DNA from: Thermoanaerobaculia bacterium
GTDB lineage: Bacteria; Acidobacteriota; Thermoanaerobaculia; UBA5066
Direction: 5' to 3'
Length of the DNA: 64,000 nt
Assembly: GCA_963816185.1 (NCBI GenBank)
Contig: CAWFJJ010000024.1
Location: 640,001 to 704,000 of the forward strand
Every line of letters begins with the position of its first letter. Within the stretch, counting starts at the first letter, position 1. Of this stretch, positions 47,372 to 56,640 are shown one piece after another. The position numbers were made by a program, and so were the translations under genes. The notes under the pieces were generated by a model. It did no database searches. It was not told the DNA's origin and was given only the letters and a program-made list of their open reading frames with translations.

Positions 47372-49024
47372 GTGAACGAACGAAAAATCCTGATCGTCGA
47401 CGACGACGAGGACATTCTCCTCATCGTCCAGACGCTTCTCACGAACGCCGGCTACGCCCCGATCCTCGCGCGGAACGGGCGGGAAGGCATCGAGCAGGCT
47501 ACGGCGCTGCAGCCGGACGTGATCCTCCTGGACGTCACGATGCCGCAGATGTCCGGATGGGAGGTCTGCGCGACGCTGAAGAACCTGCCCGAGACGTCGT
47601 CCATCCCGATCGTGATGCTCACGGTGAAGTCCGAGATCAAGGACCTCATCACGGGGATGCAGGTCGGCGCCGACGACTACATCACGAAGCCGTTCACGAA
47701 GCGCCATCTGCTCGAGACCGTGGAACGGCTCCTCGAGCCGGGGGAGGGCCCGCGGTCGGCGTTTCTCCCGAGGGACACGGGAGACGCGCGGACGCGCAAC
47801 CTGCTCTTCGACACGGTGTCGGGCCTCCCGACGATCCCGGTCATCGTGGACGCGCTCCGGGAATGGCTCCTCGTCGACCAGGAAGTGGGCGTCCTGTTCA
47901 TCGACTTCGAGAAATACGCGCACATCGAAGACTATTACGGATGGGAGGTCTTCGACGACGTCCTGAGGGAAGCCGCGAAGGCTCTGAAGCGCCTTCTCGG
48001 AACGCTGTTCTCCACCGAAGACCTCATCGCGATCAACCGGCCATCGGGCTCGGAGTTCTACGTCTTCCTCTCGGTGCCGCCCGGCCTGCGGGGCGACGAG
48101 ATCCTCGAGCGGCTGCAACGCAAGGCGCGCCAGATCGAGGAGTCGCTGCGCGCGACGCTGAGCGAGAAGTTCGAGCACCGCATCCAGAGGAAGATCGGCC
48201 TGTACGTCGGCTACGCGAAGCTCGTTTACAGCCCGCAGGTCCGGCTCGAGCGGCTGGTCTACCGCGCGCTCCGCGAGGCGATCACCGTAGCGTCGACGAA
48301 AGAGGGCGAGCGCGCGGCGCTCTTGAGGGAGCAGTTCAAGGACGTGCTCGTGCACCGCCAGATCGAGACGCTGTATCAGCCGATCATCGACCTCGGGACC
48401 GGCGGTGTGTTCGCGCACGAGGCTCTTTCGCGCGGTCCGGCCGACTCGCCGTTCGAGAACCCCGAGATGCTCTTCGACTACGCGCTGAAATCGGACCAGG
48501 TGTGGAGCCTCGAGAAGATCTGCATGCAGTTCTCGGCCGAACGCTTCGTCGGAAAGCGCCCCGGCATGCTCTTCGTGAACGTGGAGACGGAGCTCATCCA
48601 CGCGCTGAAATCGCGCGGACACGAAGTGCTCCAGCCGCTCCTCGCGATCCAGAGCGGCGTCGTCCTCGAGATCACGGAGCGCGCCGCCATTCGCGACTAC
48701 GACCTGTTTCGCGAGAGCGTGAGGGTGCTCCGCGAGCTCGGTTTCCGCATCGCGATCGACGACGCGGGCTCGGGCTATGCATCGCTCCAGTCCATCGCCG
48801 AGCTCCGCCCGCAGTACCTCAAGATCTCGAACTACCTCGTGACGGGCCTCCACGAGGACTCGATCAAGCGCGACGTCGTCGAGATGCTCGTCCGTCTCGC
48901 CGCGCGCATCGACGCGGAGACGGTGGCCGAAGGCATCGAGACGGAGGCGGAGAAGGCCGAGGTGAAGCGTCTCGGCGTCACGTACGGGCAGGGCTACCTG
49001 CTCGGACGGCCCGCCCCGTTGTGA
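47372..49024 (+). CDS. Response regulator: REC plus degenerate GGDEF plus EAL (probable c-di-GMP phosphodiesterase)
   Basis: LIVDDD...LLDVTMP...KPF; GGDEF replaced by SGSEF; HEALSR, EITE, IDDAGSGY, VAEGIE, GQGY. Confidence 0.9.
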   Translation: MNERKILIVDDDEDILLIVQTLLTNAGYAPILARNGREGIEQATALQPDVILLDVTMPQMSGWEVCATLKNLPETSSIPIVMLTVKSEIKDLITGMQVGADDYITKPFTKRHLLETVERLLEPGEGPRSAFLPRDTGDARTRNLLFDTVSGLPTIPVIVDALREWLLVDQEVGVLFIDFEKYAHIEDYYGWEVFDDVLREAAKALKRLLGTLFSTEDLIAINRPSGSEFYVFLSVPPGLRGDEILERLQRKARQIEESLRATLSEKFEHRIQRKIGLYVGYAKLVYSPQVRLERLVYRALREAITVASTKEGERAALLREQFKDVLVHRQIETLYQPIIDLGTGGVFAHEALSRGPADSPFENPEMLFDYALKSDQVWSLEKICMQFSAERFVGKRPGMLFVNVETELIHALKSRGHEVLQPLLAIQSGVVLEITERAAIRDYDLFRESVRVLRELGFRIAIDDAGSGYASLQSIAELRPQYLKISNYLVTGLHEDSIKRDVVEMLVRLAARIDAETVAEGIETEAEKAEVKRLGVTYGQGYLLGRPAPL

Positions 49025-49066
49025 ACGGCATCCGGAAGACGTGAACGTCGAGGGGAGGTCGATGTC

Positions 49067-50332
49067 ATGCGCGCCCCGTCATCGAGACCGATCTGGCTCG
49101 TCGTCCTCCTGCTCGGCCCGGGCCCTTCGGCCGCGCAGAACATCCTCGCGAACCCGGGCTTCACCGCGAGTCTCGCCGGATGGACGGTGGAGTCGGGCGT
49201 CTCGGCGGGCTGGTCTCCCCTCGACATCGCCGGATCGGCGGTGTCCGGCTCCGCGCTCGTCACGAATTCCTCGGGCGTCGACGGGTTTTCCGGAGGGCTG
49301 GCGCAGTGCGTCGCCGTGGTTCCCGGTGTCGGGTACGCGTTTCGCGTACGCTTTCGCGTCCCGTCGGCACAGTCGAGCGCCGCGCGGGTTCAGGCGGCTC
49401 TCGATTACTTCTCGGGTCCCTCGTGCGTCGGGACCACGACCGGCGGATTCGGAAACGACACCGGGGCGATCACGTCCGGATTCGACTCCTGGAACGACTT
49501 TGTCATCGGCACGGGCGTCATCCCCACAGGCGTGACGAGCGTCCTCGTCGGCGCCCGCCTCGCGAAGGTGTCTGCCGGCGGAGTCGTTCGGGCGTATTTC
49601 GACTCGCCTTCGCTGGCACCGGTCGCGACGCTCACGATTCCCGCTTCGGCGTCGATCCACGGGCAGAACGGAACGTTTTTTCAGACGGATCTGTGGGTTC
49701 TCGGTTCCTCGGCGCTGTTCGACGTAACGGTCACGGCCCGACATCGCTGTTTTGCTTCTCAGACCTGCACCCATGCGAGTCAGCCTTTCCAGGTCCATCC
49801 CCGCCAGTCCGTGTATTTCACCGACGCGCTCGTCACGCTGTTCGGCGATCCCGGTACGTCCGGGGCGATCGAGCTGAGCTTCGACACGGCCACTCCGATC
49901 ACGGTGCTGTCGCGAACGTACTCGCCGTCGCTTCCCGCGCCGACGACGGGGACGTCGGTGCCGGCGTCTGCCTCATCCGAGGCCCGCACGCGCGCGGTCC
50001 TGGTCGGGCTCGCCTCGAGCGGCGGCGACCTGTCCCAGGGCTTCCGCTCGAACGTGGGCGTCTACAACCCGGGCGCTTCGGCCGTCTCGGTGACGGTCAC
50101 GTTGCACGCTAGCTCGGGAGCGACGCTGGGGGATCCGGTTTCGCTCGAACTGGCGCCGAACGAAGCCCAGCAGGTGAACGACATCTTCTCCGCGGCGGGC
50201 GCCGGGCCGACTCTGTCGAGGAACGCGTATGCCGTCGTGACGTCCGGCGCGGCCGTGTTCTCCTATGCCACGGTCATCGACAACCAGTCCCAGGACTCCG
50301 TGTTCATTGCGGGGGCGGACGACGGATCCTGA
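49067..50332 (+). CDS. Exported hypothetical protein (carbohydrate-binding-like N-domain plus beta-sandwich domains)
   Basis: Signal peptide, NILANPGF..GW start, IPASASIHGQNGTFFQTDL, FRSNVGVYN, YATVIDN. Confidence 0.75.
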   Translation: MRAPSSRPIWLVVLLLGPGPSAAQNILANPGFTASLAGWTVESGVSAGWSPLDIAGSAVSGSALVTNSSGVDGFSGGLAQCVAVVPGVGYAFRVRFRVPSAQSSAARVQAALDYFSGPSCVGTTTGGFGNDTGAITSGFDSWNDFVIGTGVIPTGVTSVLVGARLAKVSAGGVVRAYFDSPSLAPVATLTIPASASIHGQNGTFFQTDLWVLGSSALFDVTVTARHRCFASQTCTHASQPFQVHPRQSVYFTDALVTLFGDPGTSGAIELSFDTATPITVLSRTYSPSLPAPTTGTSVPASASSEARTRAVLVGLASSGGDLSQGFRSNVGVYNPGASAVSVTVTLHASSGATLGDPVSLELAPNEAQQVNDIFSAAGAGPTLSRNAYAVVTSGAAVFSYATVIDNQSQDSVFIAGADDGS

Positions 50333-51468
50333 GGGCCCGAGGGACGCGGACGGGAGCTCAGGCGACCGGCGAGCGACGAGACCGTGGCGGATCGATCGCC
50401 TTCTCTCGTGCGGACGAGAAAGCGCGTGCCGGGTGCGGTCCGCTCGCGCTTGACGTACCCGAGGGCGGTCGCCGACCGGAAGCCCGCCGCGCGCGACGCG
50501 CTCGTCACGGCGCCGACCTTCTCTCCTTCGAAGAAGATCTCGCTGCCGGCTGAAGGAGCTTCGCCGTCCAGGAGCAGCCGAACCAGGCTCCGGTTCACGT
50601 GGCCGTACGTCTTGATGCGAGCCACCGTCTCCTGCCCGATGTAGCAGCCCTTCGTGTCGGAGACGAATCCCCGCTCTCTCAGCCCCGCCTCATCCGGGAG
50701 GACGGCTTCGGTCAGCTCGAATCCCCAGCGGGGGATCCCCGCCTGGATGCGCAGACTCTCCATGTCGGCGTCCGAAGCCTGCCTCGCCCCGGCGACGAGG
50801 AACGCCTTTCGGATCTCTTCTGAATGGGAAGAAAGGCAGCGGACGTCGTAGCCCGGGACGCCCGTCCGGTTCTCGCGAACGAGGCGGATGGGAATGCCGG
50901 TGTCGTGGCCTGTTGACTGAGGAGCATCGGGAGTCGCTGGTTCTTCTTCGAAAAGTAATGAGGCGTGGAACGAGGCCGTCAGCGCCTCCGGCGGCTCGTG
51001 CGCCGGAACGGCGCTGGAGGCCGATTCTTCGAATGGGATTCGCGCCGTGACGTGACCATGCGGCGTGTCCGGCAACGCCGCGGCGGGTCCAAGCCTTATT
51101 ACCTTTCTAAGAAATTCTTCTACCGCGTCTCCCGCCGCCGAATGCTGGAGGTGAAAGACGGCCGTCTCCGATGTGAGATTCCCGACTTCGACCTCGTTGA
51201 AAACCAAATACTTCCGAAGCAGATCTTCAATCTTCTTCGCGAGCTCCGGCTCGCAGTCGATCTCGAGGCGGTCCTCCTCGCAGAGGACGACGCAGTCGGC
51301 AAGGAGCTTTCCCTTCGGCGTGAGGAAGGCCGCCGCGCAGCCGGTGCCCGGCGTGAGCTTCTTGATGTCGTTCGTGACGAGGCCGTGGAGGAATGAAGCG
51401 CGCTCCTTGCCCGTCAGGATCACGGCGCCCCGGCCGGTCACGTCGAAGAAAAGAGGAGCGGACTCCAC
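50263..51468 (-). CDS. ygfZ: YgfZ/GcvT family folate-binding protein with an internal insertion
   Basis: FLHGLVTND, FLTPKGK, LRIQAGIP, KGCYIGQETVAR; start at GTG 51468 is my estimate. Confidence 0.85.
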   Translation of the reverse strand: MESAPLFFDVTGRGAVILTGKERASFLHGLVTNDIKKLTPGTGCAAAFLTPKGKLLADCVVLCEEDRLEIDCEPELAKKIEDLLRKYLVFNEVEVGNLTSETAVFHLQHSAAGDAVEEFLRKVIRLGPAAALPDTPHGHVTARIPFEESASSAVPAHEPPEALTASFHASLLFEEEPATPDAPQSTGHDTGIPIRLVRENRTGVPGYDVRCLSSHSEEIRKAFLVAGARQASDADMESLRIQAGIPRWGFELTEAVLPDEAGLRERGFVSDTKGCYIGQETVARIKTYGHVNRSLVRLLLDGEAPSAGSEIFFEGEKVGAVTSASRAAGFRSATALGYVKRERTAPGTRFLVRTREGDRSATVSSLAGRLSSRPRPSGPQDPSSAPAMNTESWDWLSMTVA

Positions 51469-51745
51469 GCCCGGGATTCTCGCATTCGGCGACGCATCTT
51501 CGATCCGTGCGACAATGCGCCGACGTGACAGAGGTTTCGTGAACGACGCCGCCCCGAAGGCCGCGGGCGGCGCCCGGCGCCGGCGGCGCGGCGGGCGCGG
51601 ACGATCGGGCGCCAAGCCACAGGCGCCCGAGGACCTAGCCGATGCCCCGTTTCCGGAGGCCGAACCCGTTTTCGCCGCCCCGCCCCCCGTCCCCGTCACG
51701 TCGAATTTCATCGAGGGCATGGGGACCCCGCCGCCGGCAGGAGCC

Positions 51746-52501
51746 ATGAATCAGGAAGAACAGAATCTCGCCCTCTTCATCGACATCGACAACCTCCTCA
51801 TTGGATTGCGCGAGACCGGGCATCCGAAGTTCGACGTCAAGCTCCTCATCTCGCGGCTGTTGGAGAAGGGGAAGATCGTCGTCAAGCGCGCGTATGCCGA
51901 CTGGAGCCGCTACACGGAGTACAAGCGCGCCTTCCACGAAAGCGCGTTCGAGCTCATCGACATCCCGCAGCATCGCATGACCGGAAAGAACTCGGCCGAC
52001 ATCCGGATGGTCGTCGACGCGATGGACCTCGCCTCGAACAAAGAGCACATCACGACGTTCGTCATCGGTTCGGGCGACTCGGATTTCTCTCCGCTCGTGT
52101 CGAAGCTGAAAGAGAACAACAAGCAGGTGCTCGGCTTCGGCGTCAAGGGCTCGACCTCGGAGCTGCTCATCGACAACTGCGACGAGTTCCTCTACTACGA
52201 GGACCTCGTCCGCGAGAAGACGAAGACGGCGTCCCTCCAAGGCCTGCCCGAGAAGACCGCCGAGGCGTTCTCCCTGCTCATGGACTCCATCCTCGCGTTG
52301 AAGCGCGAGAACAAAGAGATCCTCTGGGGCTCGATGGTCAAGCAGACCATGCAGCGGAAGAACCCGTCGTTCAACGAGAGCTATTACGGCTTCCGTGCGT
52401 TCTCGGAGCTGCTCGAGGCTGCCGAAGAGTCGAAAGTCATCAGCCTGAAGCGCGACGCGAAGAGCGGCTCGTACATCATCACGGGCTTCGGGAACACCTG
52501 A
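51746..52501 (+). CDS. NYN domain (LabA/DUF88) protein with C-terminal OST-HTH
   Basis: ALFIDIDN, KRAYADW, GKNSADIRMVVD, SGDSDFSPL, FNESYYGF; the frame is open upstream so a longer N-terminus (51515 or 51539) is possible. Confidence 0.88.
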   Translation: MNQEEQNLALFIDIDNLLIGLRETGHPKFDVKLLISRLLEKGKIVVKRAYADWSRYTEYKRAFHESAFELIDIPQHRMTGKNSADIRMVVDAMDLASNKEHITTFVIGSGDSDFSPLVSKLKENNKQVLGFGVKGSTSELLIDNCDEFLYYEDLVREKTKTASLQGLPEKTAEAFSLLMDSILALKRENKEILWGSMVKQTMQRKNPSFNESYYGFRAFSELLEAAEESKVISLKRDAKSGSYIITGFGNT

Positions 52502-52515
52502 AGCGCTCGAGACGC

Positions 52516-52663
52516 GTCCGAAGAGAACGAAGAGAAGATTTCTTAGAATGAGTAAGAGGGGCCCGGGGCGTGGCGGTGTGCGCCGAGCAGACGTTTCTCG
52601 TCGCGCGTCGCGGGAGCCCAAGCCCGATTCAACTTCTAAGAAAATCCTCGGTTCTCTTCGGAC
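52516..52663. repeat. AT-rich palindromic element, copy B, overlapping the Nudix 5' end
   Basis: GTCCGAAGAGAAC...TTTCTTAGAA paired with TTCTAAGAAA...GTTCTCTTCGGAC (13-bp perfect outer arms). Confidence 0.8.
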
Positions 52664-53204
52664 CTTCCCCTCGATCTGGCCTGTCATCTCCCGCGAGACG
52701 CTCGGCAGCTTCAAGGTCTTCGCGGTCCGGCGCGAGATGCTGCGTTCTCCCCGGACGAATCTCCCGCACCCGTTCTACGTTCTCGATTGCCCGGACTGGG
52801 CGAACGTGGTCGCGCTGACTGACCGGAACGAGGTCGTCCTCGTCAGGCAGTTCCGCGCGGGCACGCGCTCGGTCACGCTGGAGATCCCGGGCGGCGGCGT
52901 GGAGGCGCACGACGGCTCGGCACTCGTGGCGGCCCGCCGCGAGCTGCGCGAGGAGACGGGCCACGTGGCGCGAAGCTGGAACCGCCTCGGTGTCGTGGAA
53001 CCGAATCCGGCCATCCTGTCGAACCGGTGCACGACGTATCTCGCGCGCGGGTGCCGGCCCGTCGGGGATCTCATCCCCGACGCTGGCGAAGACCTCGCCG
53101 TGGAGCTCGTGCCGTTGACCAGCATCCCGGGCCTCATCCGGCGCGGCCGCATCACACATTCTCTGGTGATCGCGGCTTTTCACTTTCTTTCGCTCGCGGG
53201 TTGA
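52548..53204 (+). CDS. Nudix hydrolase (ADP-ribose pyrophosphatase-like)
   Basis: LVRQFR, LEIPGG, AARRELREETG Nudix box, PNPAI. Confidence 0.88.
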   Translation: MSKRGPGRGGVRRADVSRRASREPKPDSTSKKILGSLRTFPSIWPVISRETLGSFKVFAVRREMLRSPRTNLPHPFYVLDCPDWANVVALTDRNEVVLVRQFRAGTRSVTLEIPGGGVEAHDGSALVAARRELREETGHVARSWNRLGVVEPNPAILSNRCTTYLARGCRPVGDLIPDAGEDLAVELVPLTSIPGLIRRGRITHSLVIAAFHFLSLAG

Positions 53205-53248
53205 GATCGGGGCACAACCGTCCCTAGAATCCCTCCCGGGAGGGAGCC

Positions 53249-54226
53249 ATGAAGAAGCTCGGTGCAGCCGCGGTCGTTCTCGTCGCCTGCTCGGGAGCCT
53301 TTCTCGTCGCGAGCACGAAGACGCCTGCCGTGAGGACCTTCGAAGCCACGTACGTCGGGACGATCGCGGCGCTTCCCGCCGCGGCGAAGAAGGCGGAGGT
53401 GTGGATCCCGCTGCCGTCGGACGGCCCCTACCAGGCGATTTCCGACATCAAGGTGGATGCGCCGGCCCCCTTCACGCTCGAAACGGACTCGATGGGAAAT
53501 CGGATGGCGCATTTTGTGCTCGAGAAGCCAGAGCAGTTCGGGAAGGACGTAGTGGTCAAGGCCACGTATCGCGTCACGAGGCGGGAAGCCGTCACTCCCT
53601 CTCCGGGCAGTGCGAAGACGGCCGAGCCTCCCCGCGCAGCAGCTTTTCTGAAGCCGAACCGGCTCGTGCCGCTCACGTCCCGCGTGAAGGAGCTCGCCGA
53701 CACCCTGTCCGCCGGCAAGACCGGCGCCGTCTCCAAGGCACACGCGTTTTACGACTATCTCGTCGACAACGGCACGTACGAAAAGGTGACGCCTGGCTGG
53801 GGCAAGGGCGATTCGGAGCGCTTCTGCGACATCAAGAAGGGAAACTGCACCGATTTCCATTCGGCGTTCATGGCGCTCGCGAGGTCCGAGGGCATTCCGG
53901 TGCGCTTCTCGATCGGCTTTCCGCTCCTGCATGACAAGGAGGGCATCGTTCCCGGATACCACTGCTGGGCCGAGTTCTGGGCGCCAGGACAGGGTTGGGT
54001 GCCGATCGACGCGTCGGACGCGGCGAAGACGAAGGAGCCCGTGAAGAAGGCGTACCTCTTCGGCCACCTCGACCCGGACCGCTTCGACATCACGACCGGC
54101 CGCGATCTCACGCTGTCCCCGCCCCAGAAGGACGGCCCTTTGAACTTCTTCATTTACCCGTACGTCGAGGTGGACGGGAGGGCCTTCGCGGAGACGAAGA
54201 TCCGGCTCGAATATCACGATCTGTGA
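53249..54226 (+). CDS. Exported transglutaminase-like protein
   Basis: Signal peptide; Cys-His-Asp triad GNCTDFH, YHCWAEF, WVPID. Confidence 0.88.
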   Translation: MKKLGAAAVVLVACSGAFLVASTKTPAVRTFEATYVGTIAALPAAAKKAEVWIPLPSDGPYQAISDIKVDAPAPFTLETDSMGNRMAHFVLEKPEQFGKDVVVKATYRVTRREAVTPSPGSAKTAEPPRAAAFLKPNRLVPLTSRVKELADTLSAGKTGAVSKAHAFYDYLVDNGTYEKVTPGWGKGDSERFCDIKKGNCTDFHSAFMALARSEGIPVRFSIGFPLLHDKEGIVPGYHCWAEFWAPGQGWVPIDASDAAKTKEPVKKAYLFGHLDPDRFDITTGRDLTLSPPQKDGPLNFFIYPYVEVDGRAFAETKIRLEYHDL

Positions 54227-55217
54227 CGGTGAGGGGCCCTGACCCGTCGATTGCGAACGCAACGCGCGCGAGCCGAGTCGGAGTCTCGGCCTCCATCCAC
54301 GTCGCCACACGCCGGTCGGCGGTGAGCGCGAGCGTTCCGGGCACCGGCAGAAGGGGCGCATGGAGGACACGGCGCGAGGCCGCCCCCTCCGGCGCATCGG
54401 GGCGTGACCCGACGACGAGGGCGAGATTCCCGATTTCGCCCTCGATCCTGACGACGGCAGGCTCGGGCCCGAGCGTGAGCCAGACCTCCTGGGGAAAAGG
54501 TGCTCCACCGGAACCGCGGAGACGCCGGACCGCCCGCGCCGCGGCGCGCAGGCGGCGAGCCTTCGAGGGGTCGGGCTCGAGTCCTTCGAGATGCTGGCTC
54601 GCATCGGTCAACCGGCGGTCGAGAGCGGCGAGATCGTCCGTCTTTCCGGCGGCGAGGAGGAGGCGTGCGAGGTCGGGTGCCGCGCGCTCGAGGCGGCGCG
54701 AGACGCCTTCGGCGACGCGCGGCGTCTGGACGGACTCGGCGAAGGTCAGCCAGGCGACCGTCGCCTCCCATTTCGCGACGAGCGTCTGGCCGGGCAGGGG
54801 GAAACGCGCGCGGAGCGCGCCCGCGAGCGCGCGCTCGCGAAGCCCGAGGAGCGGTCCCGCTGCGTCGGCCGGCACGTCGGCAAGGGCCCGGCGAAAGGCC
54901 TCGCCGTCGTAGATGCGAACCTGTCGCCCGAGCTTCGGGTCGAACGGCGTCGCGAACGAGACACCCTCGGGCGGGGCGCCGGGACGCGCGGCAAGCCGCT
55001 CCGCCGTCTCTCCGAGGAGAACCTCGGCCAGCGGATCGGGCGTACCTTCGGCTCTGAGGCGGGCGGCGCCCCGCGCGAGGAGGGCCGCCGCGAGCGGAAG
55101 GCGCATGTCGTCGGCTGCGAGATACCGGCCCACGACGACGAGGTTCCTGCTGCCTTCGGGCCCTTCCGCGAAGAGGGAATCGGAAGAGAGAGCCGCGACG
55201 AGGAGCGCGGCGATCAT
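54150..55217 (-). CDS. Exported hypothetical protein, paralog of 56641-58164
   Basis: ATGA-coupled to the SPFH gene, short signal MIAALLVAALS, shares LAAA.L / LLG...E.LAA / YDG.A.RR blocks with the 56641 protein. Confidence 0.65.
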   Translation of the reverse strand: MIAALLVAALSSDSLFAEGPEGSRNLVVVGRYLAADDMRLPLAAALLARGAARLRAEGTPDPLAEVLLGETAERLAARPGAPPEGVSFATPFDPKLGRQVRIYDGEAFRRALADVPADAAGPLLGLRERALAGALRARFPLPGQTLVAKWEATVAWLTFAESVQTPRVAEGVSRRLERAAPDLARLLLAAGKTDDLAALDRRLTDASQHLEGLEPDPSKARRLRAAARAVRRLRGSGGAPFPQEVWLTLGPEPAVVRIEGEIGNLALVVGSRPDAPEGAASRRVLHAPLLPVPGTLALTADRRVATWMEAETPTRLARVAFAIDGSGPLTVTDRDIRAGSSSPRRPSRPPRRTGK

Positions 55218-56404
55218 CGTGAAGTCCCACTCGCGATGCGCTTGCTCATCTCGGGTGCGAGGATGTCTGCAGTCAGATTCGGCATCACGATAACCTGCAC
55301 CTTGTCGCCAAGCTTTTCGGCGAGGGTCTTGTTGACCCAGGTCGGGTTCGCCTGGATGAGCTCCACCTCCCGCTTGAGATTCTCGAACTGTGCGAGAGAC
55401 GTTTGACGGATCGCGTAGGCCTCGGCCTCGGCCATGGTCTTGCGCCGCGAGGCCTCGGCCTCGGCCTGGATCTTCATCGTCTCGGACTGTGACTGCGCGT
55501 CCTTCAGCTTTCGTGCCTTCTGGGCCTCGGCCTCGAGCTCCTGCTGCTTGATCCCCTTCTCCTTGAGCGGCAGGATGTAGGTCATCGCGTCGGCCTCGGC
55601 CTTCGCCTCGATGAGGCGGCGATTCGCGGCCGCCTCGGCCTCCTTGTCGGAGCGGGCCTTGCGCGCCTCTGCCTCGAGCCGCTGCTGCTCGATCTCCTGC
55701 TTCTTGAAGCGGAGGTTCGCCTCGGTGCGTTCGACGAGCTGTGACTGCTCGAGGAGCGCGAGGCGGCCGCGCTCGAACTCGATCGGCAGCTTGAGATCGC
55801 TCACGAGCACGTCCTTGAGAACGATGCCGGTCTCGGCGAGGCGCTCGCCGGCCTGCTTCGCGGCCCGTGCCGCGAGCTCCTCCCGTTTGCTCGCGAGAAG
55901 CGACGGAGCGTCGTACTCGGGCGCGATGGCGCGAAAGGCGGACGCGAGAACCGGCCCGACGACTTCGGGTCCCGGGTCGGCAGGCAGGCCTTCCCATCGC
56001 ACGAGGAGCTGCCCGCGGTCGAGAGCCCAGCGTGCCTGGATGACAAGCCCGACCGCGAAACCGTCCCGCGTCGGAATGGTGAACGAAGCGGCGGGCCCTG
56101 CGAGCAGCTGATCCGATACCCGAACGCGCCTGAGGACGTACAGCGAGCCCGGGAGAAAGTGGCTTCCCGGCGAAACGATGCGGGTGGAGCCGGTGAACTT
56201 GCCGATGACGAGGCCGACGTCGCCGGGCGCCACAGACTTGAAGCTTCGCTCGACCCAGCGCACACCGGACCACAGGGCGACGACGAGCGTCGCTCCGAGG
56301 AGGATGTTGCGCAGGGGCAGGTGTTGCCTCCAGCCGCCGTGGCCGCCGAGGGCGCTGAGTTTCGCGCGGAGGCTGGGAGGGTCGTCGGGATCGGTGCCGT
56401 TCAT
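55214..56404 (-). CDS. SPFH/band 7 (prohibitin/flotillin-like) protein with long coiled coil
   Basis: TM helix, VAPGDVGL, IPTRDG, LASAFR, GIVLKDVLVSDLKLP, repeated EAEA/KAEA; RBS AAGGAG before ATG 56404. Confidence 0.85.
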   Translation of the reverse strand: MNGTDPDDPPSLRAKLSALGGHGGWRQHLPLRNILLGATLVVALWSGVRWVERSFKSVAPGDVGLVIGKFTGSTRIVSPGSHFLPGSLYVLRRVRVSDQLLAGPAASFTIPTRDGFAVGLVIQARWALDRGQLLVRWEGLPADPGPEVVGPVLASAFRAIAPEYDAPSLLASKREELAARAAKQAGERLAETGIVLKDVLVSDLKLPIEFERGRLALLEQSQLVERTEANLRFKKQEIEQQRLEAEARKARSDKEAEAAANRRLIEAKAEADAMTYILPLKEKGIKQQELEAEAQKARKLKDAQSQSETMKIQAEAEASRRKTMAEAEAYAIRQTSLAQFENLKREVELIQANPTWVNKTLAEKLGDKVQVIVMPNLTADILAPEMSKRIASGTSR

Positions 56405-56640
56405 CTTCGTCTCCTTCGCGGCGGAAGGGCCGCACGGAGGCGTCTTCACGAACGATGCCGGGCACCCCGTGCCGTGGACGGGGCGCTCTTCGCTCATCCG
56501 CGATCTCTGTTTCGAAGAAACATACTCCGCATCGCATGATTCCGCCATCACACGCATCACACGGGATGAGAGACGCCGCGCGGCACGAAGCATGAAACGC
56601 CCTCTCCGGGCGCGGACAGGACCCGCGCCGGGAGGTTCAC

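Noticed and set aside
51746-54226. NYN + Nudix + transglutaminase as a possible anti-phage defence cassette
   Set aside because: Each is a common stand-alone family, one is exported, and there are no mobile-element or defence-island markers nearby
56460-56480. GGCAC palindrome as a sigma54 promoter for the SPFH gene
   Set aside because: The GG to GC spacing does not fit the -24/-12 rule on the minus strand
55218-56537. N-terminal part of the 795-aa ORF 54150-56537
   Set aside because: Alternative frame over the SPFH gene; protein-like sequence begins at ATG 55217
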